The notes beneath the pieces are model-generated. The model searched no databases. It was not told the DNA's origin and worked only from the letters and a program-made list of their open reading frames with translations. 64,000 bases of DNA from a virus, in IMG/VR virus record IMGVR_UViG_3300045988_087402; one strand, given 5' to 3'. Of the stretch, positions 57,289 to 64,000 are shown one piece after another (position 1 is the first letter of the stretch; the number at the start of each line of letters is the position of its first letter). Made by a program: the position numbers and the translations under genes.

Positions 57289-58317
57289 TTAATTATCATT
57301 ATTAGTGGAATTTTCTATATTATTAGTAACATCAGTTACATCTTCTGCTACAACATTTTCTACAACAGCATCTTTAAATTTAAATGCTTCTGCATTTGTA
57401 TAAACTTTAACAGAATCTATTTCATCGGTTTCATAAATACCATTAAGTTTATCATTTGCTATAATTCTTGCTCCAATCATTATAGACATTTTTCGAAGCA
57501 TTGCTGCTGTATGACTTATCCAATTATCTTTACCTTTTACTTCTTCACCAAAACTATTGATTCCAGGATAATAACCAGCTTCAATAGCTTCTCTAAGAGT
57601 ATATGGTATAGCTACAACAGATTCTTTACCATTAGAATTAATCCTTGTTAATTTAACAAGAGCGCGTCTTGTCGAAAATCTTTGTAGCATTATTTTACCA
57701 GCATCTATATCAGCTTTTAATTTAGTAGCAGATTTACCGTCATTAACAACTGTATATTTATTATTTAAAAATTCATCTCGTTCATCAAATTCAACTTCTT
57801 CATCTAACTTACCATTTCTAAGAAGTCGATAATAATAATGAATCTTATTTCCATCCTCTATAACATCAACAGCGATATTATTTTCATTAAGGACTTTTAA
57901 TACAATATTAATTCCAGTATAAATAATTTCATTTTTACCACTATCCCAAATATAAATATTTTGCATAGCAGTAATAGGGTCAAGTCCAAGAGTTTTACCT
58001 TTACGAACTTTAATAACAGATAACCTATTTAACATTCTTCCAAATTGAAGAGCTTCCATAGGTTTCAAACCCATTTCAGAACCAAGCATTAAACAAGTAA
58101 CTATTGCAGGAACGTTTATAGTAACGTTACCATTTTCATCTTTTTCTCCAAATTGAGCGGCAAAAGCATTATTTTTAGAAATATATTCAGCAAGTCCCTT
58201 TGCACGTTCAAGAGTTAAAATTGTACTTTCATCTTCAGTAGAATACTTAGTTACTTCATTAGTATCTTTACTACCATTAGCTTTAGTTATTGTATTTACT
58301 TGCTTGTTCATAGTCAA
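57289..58317 (-). CDS. hypothetical protein (possibly recombination/annealing protein)
   Basis: 342 aa, no Walker motif. Functional guess based only on position between helicase and unknown genes. Confidence 0.3.
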   Translation of the reverse strand: MTMNKQVNTITKANGSKDTNEVTKYSTEDESTILTLERAKGLAEYISKNNAFAAQFGEKDENGNVTINVPAIVTCLMLGSEMGLKPMEALQFGRMLNRLSVIKVRKGKTLGLDPITAMQNIYIWDSGKNEIIYTGINIVLKVLNENNIAVDVIEDGNKIHYYYRLLRNGKLDEEVEFDERDEFLNNKYTVVNDGKSATKLKADIDAGKIMLQRFSTRRALVKLTRINSNGKESVVAIPYTLREAIEAGYYPGINSFGEEVKGKDNWISHTAAMLRKMSIMIGARIIANDKLNGIYETDEIDSVKVYTNAEAFKFKDAVVENVVAEDVTDVTNNIENSTNNDN

Positions 58318-58361
58318 ATGTAATAGTAATAATCATAATAATAAAATTTGCAGTAGCTTTT

Positions 58362-59849
58362 TTAGTAAAATATTTCGCTTATACTCGATACCCATATAGG
58401 AGTTTGTACAGTAGTAGATTGTCTTTCTATAAGTTTTTGTTTATCTCTACTTTTAACATCTTTTAGTATATCTGTATTATCTTCTTGATTTACACCTATT
58501 TTTATTGTAAAATCGTCAATATAAAGATTTATAATAACACAAACTTTATTAGGATTTGCATAATCAAATGTTTTACCTCGTGCAATTCTATTTTCATGAG
58601 TTTGAGTATTACATGAACCACCAGTTGTTATAACTTGTTCTATATTCTCTATAGTAAGACCTTCATTAAGAGATTTAACAGTAAATAGTTTATTATATGT
58701 ACCATCTCGCATACCTTCTATAGCCATCTTTTTTAAAGTAGTTTTACCAATCTTTTTAGGTTCACCACTTTTAGTTCTTATAATATCACCTATCTTACTA
58801 TCATACATATATCTTGATTCAATATTATTATGATAAGCTATACTATTTTTTGGATAATAATTTGCAAGCTCTTCTGCCATTTCTACAGATTCATTAAAGC
58901 ATATAGTTGGAACAGGATTTGCTTTAAGAATATCCATTACAGCTTCAATTTTAGGTCTATTAAATATAAGTATATTATTTCTATTACTTACATTTTGTTT
59001 AAATGTTTTAGCTCGTTCATATATATTATCCGGATTCCAATAAAGATTAATTTTCTTACCATAATCTGAGGATACATCCAAATCAGCATTCCAACCTTGA
59101 CATTCAGCAACAATTTTACGAATTATTGTAGATTTTACAAAAGTTCTAAATCCATTAGTATCTTTAATATATTTACCGGCAAAACAGGCAATAATTAAAT
59201 CAAAATCTGAATCAAAAACATTCTTATGAAATACAGAATTAACTCCTTTATAAACTCCTTTAAATATATCAAGAGTTTCATGTATAAGATTTGTATATTT
59301 AGCATATTTGAATTTATCATCATCACTTAATTCAACAGCTAAATTATATTCTACAAAATCACTTATCCATTTATTTTCAATAGCTTCTTTCTCACTTATA
59401 GTATCTATTACAGGACAATTTATAGCTTCTAATTTTTTTTTCTGTTCAGAAGTAATATTTACACCAGTTAAACAAAGAATAAATTTAGTATTTATTTTAA
59501 TAATACAATCATAAATTTCATTATCAAGAAATTTATGACATTCATCAATAATTACTAAATTATAATCTATATAATCTTTTACATTTTTATATTTATTAAT
59601 AAATTGATTAGAAGTTAAAAGTTCTATTTCATTTCCATATTTAGTATTTTTTATAATATTCTTTTTAGTTATATCATTAGGTACTAAAAACAGAATTTTA
59701 TTATTACCATTTTTATCTATATAATTAGTAAGTATAATATCTGCTACACGAGTTTTACCAAATCTAAAAGTAAGATTTAGAGTTCCTCTACCTTTAGCAT
59801 TTCTCCATTTAGAAACACATTCAGCTTGACGTTCATCTTTACTTATCAT
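58362..59849 (-). CDS. SF2 DExH-box helicase
   Basis: Walker A FRFGKTRV (motif I) and LVIIDECHKF (motif II, DECH). 495 aa. Confidence 0.65.
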   Translation of the reverse strand: MISKDERQAECVSKWRNAKGRGTLNLTFRFGKTRVADIILTNYIDKNGNNKILFLVPNDITKKNIIKNTKYGNEIELLTSNQFINKYKNVKDYIDYNLVIIDECHKFLDNEIYDCIIKINTKFILCLTGVNITSEQKKKLEAINCPVIDTISEKEAIENKWISDFVEYNLAVELSDDDKFKYAKYTNLIHETLDIFKGVYKGVNSVFHKNVFDSDFDLIIACFAGKYIKDTNGFRTFVKSTIIRKIVAECQGWNADLDVSSDYGKKINLYWNPDNIYERAKTFKQNVSNRNNILIFNRPKIEAVMDILKANPVPTICFNESVEMAEELANYYPKNSIAYHNNIESRYMYDSKIGDIIRTKSGEPKKIGKTTLKKMAIEGMRDGTYNKLFTVKSLNEGLTIENIEQVITTGGSCNTQTHENRIARGKTFDYANPNKVCVIINLYIDDFTIKIGVNQEDNTDILKDVKSRDKQKLIERQSTTVQTPIWVSSISEIFY

Positions 59850-60005
59850 TTCTATTAAAATATTTTAAATATTCTATTTTATCTTTTATAGCAACAATTA
59901 TATCACTTTTTATAGAATAACCATTTGCTACTAATTCCCAAAATAAATCTTCAAGTTCTTCAATAGTTTTATTATCTATTATAGTTTCATTATTAGGCAT
60001 AACTA

Positions 60006-61416
60006 TTAATTAAAAGGTAAATCATCAGAATCATCTTCATCAAAAGAAGTACTTATTATAGTAGGAGTATCGTTTTGATTTATACTTTCTAATAAAAATC
60101 TATTATCAACTTGAAAATCATCTATACTTCTACGTACATCTTCTTTTCGTCTATTATTAATTCTATTAGAACGATTTATAGTTTCAAATTCACCTTCTAA
60201 TAAATTAGGTTTATCATTAGAAAATAAATCAAAATCTAATTGACGTTTTATAATACCTTCTTTCTTTTTATTTTCACCATTTAAAACCTTACTACATTCA
60301 CGTTTATAATAACTAAAATTTAAATGATAATTATCTTTATAAATATAGTTATTAAAAGGCTCTATAGAATATTTAGCTATAATACGAGATTCTTTATTTA
60401 TTGAATTACCATTATCATCTACACCATCAGAACATTGTTTTATAATAGTTCCTGTACCAGTATTACTAATATAAAATCTATTAGATTTTTGAAGTTTATC
60501 TCTAACAATTTGTCCGTCTACTATATGTTCATAATAAATAGTAAATTTACTATCACTTTTCTGACTTATACAATAATCATAAATAGCAAATTTTGAGCTA
60601 TTAATATGATTCATTATAGTATCTTCATAAGGGATACTATATATAAGTTGCAAGTTAAGAGCTTTAGCGATAACTGGAGAATTATATCCTTTATTAAAAA
60701 CTAAATCTTCAATAAAGAAACCTTTTCTCTTTATATAATCATCTTCTAATTCCTTTAATGCTTTCTTTTTATCTTCATCAGATTTATCATTAAAATCTGA
60801 ATTAATTAATTTAGCAAGATTTTCATTAAAACCTTTTTTAACAGCTATATAATCATTAACATCTTTTCTTAAATATCTTTCATAATCTGTATATTCAAGT
60901 TCAAAACCAAGTTTAGTTTGCCAAGCATTACATATATTATAATAAGTATCTTCTAAATGATAAGGTATCTTACAAACAATACCATCTGTATTAGCAGATA
61001 CAACGTTAATTCCATTAAGTTCTAATTCTTCAATTAACATAATAAGACATAATTGAAGATTTATAGTAGTTCTATAAGTACAATATGGGTCATAAAGAAA
61101 ATCATTACTATCACGAAATGCACCATACATTCTATTAATAGCAATTTTAAGACCTTCAGCTTTAGTTTTTAAAGATTTAGATTCCTTAGTTAATCTATCT
61201 ATTTCTTTATGTAATATTTCACTATCTTTATTAGATACTTTTTTATTTTCTAATAAAGACTTTATTTCATCAGCTTTCTTTTTATAATTTTTACTATTAT
61301 GTTTAGCTTCTACTCGCGTATCAGCAGTATATTTTACTGTATTAATAAAAGCATCTTCTTGTAAATGTTCCGGTGCTATATGAAATTTAACAATTCCACG
61401 AGGATAATATGAAGCA
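60006..61416 (-). CDS. polB: family-B DNA polymerase, exon 2 (motif A remainder SYYPRG, motif B KIAINRMYG, motif C VSANTDGIV)
   Basis: The frame is open upstream of the annotated Met to 61416. KxxxNxxYG and NTDG motifs in PolB spacing. Acidic C-terminal tail DDSDDLPF. Confidence 0.6.
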
Positions 61417-62476
61417 CATTATTGAATAACATTATTATCAGTAACTAACTGTCTGTTATTCCTATTAGTTTCCTAATAGATTAGACTATATCTTATACTT
61501 TACATTACCATTATCATCTATATAACGCCAAATATAACCATAAGCTGTTTTTTTATTACCATTACAACAACCTCTTATAGTTTGAGCTTTAAAAGTAGGA
61601 TTATCTTTTATAACATCTTCTATACGAGAATATACTTTAATAGGTACTCCGTTTAAATCATATTGCGCAACTTGATTACTTTTAATAATAGACATATATT
61701 CTCTATACTCTTTAGTTTTATGACTTTCTTTTGAAGTATTAGAATAAATAGTTTTTAGTCTATCACTTATATAATAATCAGAAATCTTTTCATTATAAAG
61801 ATTTTCAATACCTTTTGATATTTGATATTCTCTTTCTTTTTCTAATAAATTATCATTACATTCTTCAACAATTCTATAAACAAAACTATCAATACTATGT
61901 TCATTAAAATCATCCTGCATTGCATGATTAGTATGTTTATTTAATTTTAACTCTGAAAAATGTTTAGTAATTCTACTACCTATATTAGAAGTAGAGCCAA
62001 TATATTCTTTATTGGTAATTTTATTAAAAATAGAATATATTCCAGATTTACCATTCATATTAGAAAATGTACCATATTCAAATTTAGAATCTGAATTAGA
62101 ATATTTATTAGAATCTACTTTTACTAAATCGTTAATTTGTTTACTATCCATAATATTATCTTTATTGGTTAACACCTACTAAGACAATACCTTGATTGGA
62201 TAATACCTAAAATTATATAGACTAAATATATAAAGTATTGTGGCATTTCCAAATGAATTAGTTTTTTCATCTGTACTCCCATTAGGGATAGTCGTTGAGC
62301 TTTCATCTTAATAAACAATATTAAGACGCTTAGCTGCGGATTGCCCAATATTCTTACTTTTTACTATACCTTGAAAATTACTTCTTGCCATATCTATATT
62401 ACTACGATATTTAGTATAAGAATCTCTAAGGGGTTTCCCGCAATTAACCACATTAGGACGCTACATATTCATATTA
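61417..62476 (-). mobile_element. group I intron (IA-like) interrupting polB motif A, carrying a GIY-YIG homing endonuclease ORF
   Basis: On the minus-strand RNA, P element AAUUGCGGGAAACCCC is the complement of 62430-62445. Q element AAUCCGCAGC is the complement of 62333-62342. R element GCUCAACGACUAUCC is the complement of 62288-62297, with a GACUA/UAGUC P7 partner near 62217-62232. Boundaries chosen so that exon 1 ends in U and the intron ends in G, giving spliced D-V-A-S-Y-Y-P-R. Boundaries are +/- a few nt. Confidence 0.65.
61486..62175 (-). CDS. GIY-YIG homing endonuclease (intron-encoded)
   Basis: KSGIYSIFNKITNKEYIGSTSNIGSRITKHF is a classic GIY-(x10)-YIG plus R..H motif (I-TevI-like). 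C-terminal YGYIWRYID is a DNA-binding motif typical of Tev-family HEGs. Confidence 0.8.
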   Translation of the reverse strand: MLTNKDNIMDSKQINDLVKVDSNKYSNSDSKFEYGTFSNMNGKSGIYSIFNKITNKEYIGSTSNIGSRITKHFSELKLNKHTNHAMQDDFNEHSIDSFVYRIVEECNDNLLEKEREYQISKGIENLYNEKISDYYISDRLKTIYSNTSKESHKTKEYREYMSIIKSNQVAQYDLNGVPIKVYSRIEDVIKDNPTFKAQTIRGCCNGNKKTAYGYIWRYIDDNGNVKYKI

Positions 62477-63648
62477 ACGTCCGCATCTCTTAATATATAA
62501 TCATCTGCAACTAATATACCCGGTGTATCTTTACTATGTAATCCACCAAGAGCCATAGTATATTGATTATCACCGAATTTAAAAGTATAAGCAAATTTAT
62601 CTTTCTTATCTTTACTACCTACTATAATCTTAGATTTTAGAATAGTAGCTAAAAGATTATGTAGAGTAGGAGTTTTAAACTTTATTATATCAGATACTAC
62701 ATCTTCGAGATAAATAACTCTACGATTAGTTCTTAAATCATAAAAATCTTTTTTCTCAAGACCTGTAAAATCACTATATAATTTAGTAGTTATAGCTTTT
62801 CCGATAGAACTTCGAGACATATTACGAACATCAATTCCAAATTCACTTGTAATATCGTCTCTTAAATCAATTTCATCTTTAACAGTTCTTTTTAATGTTA
62901 ATGTAATTAAATCATCATTAACATTATAATCCATTATAGTTTCTATATCATCTTCATCAATATTAGCTAAATAATGAATAGGTAAATCTTGTATACGATA
63001 CCATTTTAATATAATAGCAACCTGTTTTAAACTCGTAAAAGATTTATCAAGATATAGAATCTTTTGAATATCATAATTTGTAAAAGGTATATTAAAACTT
63101 TTATTAATACCTAATGTATAAAGATAACCATTACCAAAATTAATACATTTTTGGCTATGTCTAAACATAAAATCTGTAAGATTCATTTTTTCTTTATAAT
63201 GATAACCTTCAGGAGTAACATATTTAGCATTATAAAGAAGAAGTATAAGCATTATTTTATCATAATTATTACTATTATATCCTGTAACAATTTTATGACT
63301 AATAAAAAAGTTTTGAATATAAAGTAAATCATTATGAAAATCTTTACCATTTAAACTATTCCAAATATAGAATTGTTTAGCACCCATTGCTGTAAGAATC
63401 TTTTTCTTATCAGCTTTATATTTTATTATATTATTTTGAAGATTATCTAAATAATCGTCTTTTTTAATAGCATCTTCAAAAGTTACATCTTTAATATAAT
63501 TATTAATTTTATCTTCAGCATCAATACGAAGTATATCAATATTTACATAAGTATCTATAAGCTGTTGAGAAACATCTTCCGGTATAAAAGTTACACCACA
63601 AAAATTCTTATAAATTTCAAAGTCATAAATATATTTTTTATCAGTCAT
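62477..63648 (-). CDS. polB: family-B DNA polymerase, exon 1 (3-5 exonuclease domain through the start of motif A)
   Basis: Exo I YIYDFEIYKNF (DxE), Exo II VTGYNSNNYDKI. The ORF ends ..LRDADVN right where motif A DxxSLYP should continue. The ORF-track tail (M)NM* is intron-encoded. Confidence 0.6.
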
Positions 63649-63899
63649 AGTCTATTCTTAGTTAAATCGAGACTTATTAAATCTTCTGTATCATAATCTA
63701 TATCCTTTTGAATTAAAGAATATAAAGCATTAGAAACTTTATCAAATCCATCTTGAGTTAAATTGATAACTTTAAATTTTCCATTTAAAGTTTTATTTAC
63801 AATAACTCTTATTTGAAATTTATAACCATTTTCTTTAGTATGATTATCTTCAAGAAATTTGATAAGTTCTTTAATATTAAATATATCTTTATCGTTCAT
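63645..63899 (-). CDS. hypothetical protein (first gene of the minus-strand replication operon in this window)
   Basis: 84-aa ORF overlapping the polB start. Iteron array immediately upstream. Confidence 0.3.
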   Translation of the reverse strand: MNDKDIFNIKELIKFLEDNHTKENGYKFQIRVIVNKTLNGKFKVINLTQDGFDKVSNALYSLIQKDIDYDTEDLISLDLTKNRL

Positions 63900-63943
63900 A
63901 TTAAAATTAATTTTAATTATATTTGTAATATAATTTTTAATTT

Positions 63944-64000
63944 CAGTTGTAAAGACAGTTGTAAAGACAGTTGTAAAGACAGTTGTAAAGACAGTTGTAA
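63944..64000 (+). repeat. 12-bp tandem repeat cagttgtaaaga, >=4.75 copies, runs off the window edge
   Basis: Read directly: cagttgtaaaga x4 + cagttgtaa. Confidence 0.9.

Noticed and set aside
1-64000. Stop-codon reassignment (TAG or TGA recoding known in some crAss-like lineages)
   Set aside because: The 2509-aa and 4134-aa ORFs and all other genes are uninterrupted under the standard code, and intergenic gaps are short. There is no sign of in-frame TAG/TGA clusters in late genes.
1-64000. Integrase, tRNA or attachment-site features suggesting a prophage boundary
   Set aside because: No tyrosine/serine recombinase motifs and no tRNA-like GC-rich cloverleaf candidates were seen. The architecture is that of a lytic crAss-like genome.

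Overview
This AT-rich window (about 27-30% GC by eye) looks like a contiguous piece of a crAss-like (Crassvirales-type) phage genome, presumably infecting Bacteroidota. Two gene blocks converge near 45.7-46.5 kb.

The plus-strand block (29-45653) is a virion/structural module:
- a putative portal protein;
- a very acidic scaffold-like protein;
- a putative HK97-like major capsid protein followed by a strong hairpin;
- a coiled-coil fibre-like protein;
- a BACON-repeat locus split by an in-frame TAA and an A10 tract;
- tandem paralogous fibre-like genes;
- large tail/ejection proteins, including one with a glycine-zipper segment;
- two giant ORFs: 2509 aa with an HExxH metalloprotease-like motif, and 4134 aa with a DFDID double-psi-beta-barrel RNA-polymerase-like motif typical of crAss virion RNAPs.

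The minus-strand block (46555-63899) is a replication/nucleotide-metabolism module:
- a dUTPase carrying an ~80-aa insertion;
- a dNMP kinase;
- a ThyX-like thymidylate synthase;
- an ATP-dependent DNA ligase with an unusual KxNG motif I;
- a DnaG/Toprim primase;
- an SF2 DExH helicase;
- a family-B DNA polymerase.

The polB gene is split inside motif A by a group I intron. The canonical P (AAUUGCGGGAAA), Q (AAUCCGCAGC) and R (..CAACGACUA..) elements can be read directly in the sequence. The intron carries a free-standing GIY-YIG homing endonuclease ORF.

The most unusual signal is a family of six copies of a GC-rich ~30-35 bp element (consensus cgaatttcggaacacctctcgcccttgtggccatta) in the otherwise AT-rich genome:
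- Two solo copies sit immediately upstream of genes.
- Two convergent inverted pairs each enclose ~170 bp containing a 24-bp tandem duplication (MITE-like architecture).
- One pair lies exactly at the module convergence point.
- The other pair is embedded in-frame (~231 nt) in the C-terminus of the 2509-aa giant gene.

Other features are several strong rho-independent-type hairpins after highly expressed genes, a shared 18-bp promoter-like motif with a Bacteroidetes -7 TAnnTTTG box, a compositionally deviant (GC-richer) gene in the replication block, and a 12-bp tandem iteron array at the window edge upstream of the replication operon. No rRNA, tRNA, CRISPR, integrase or stop-codon recoding was detected by eye.
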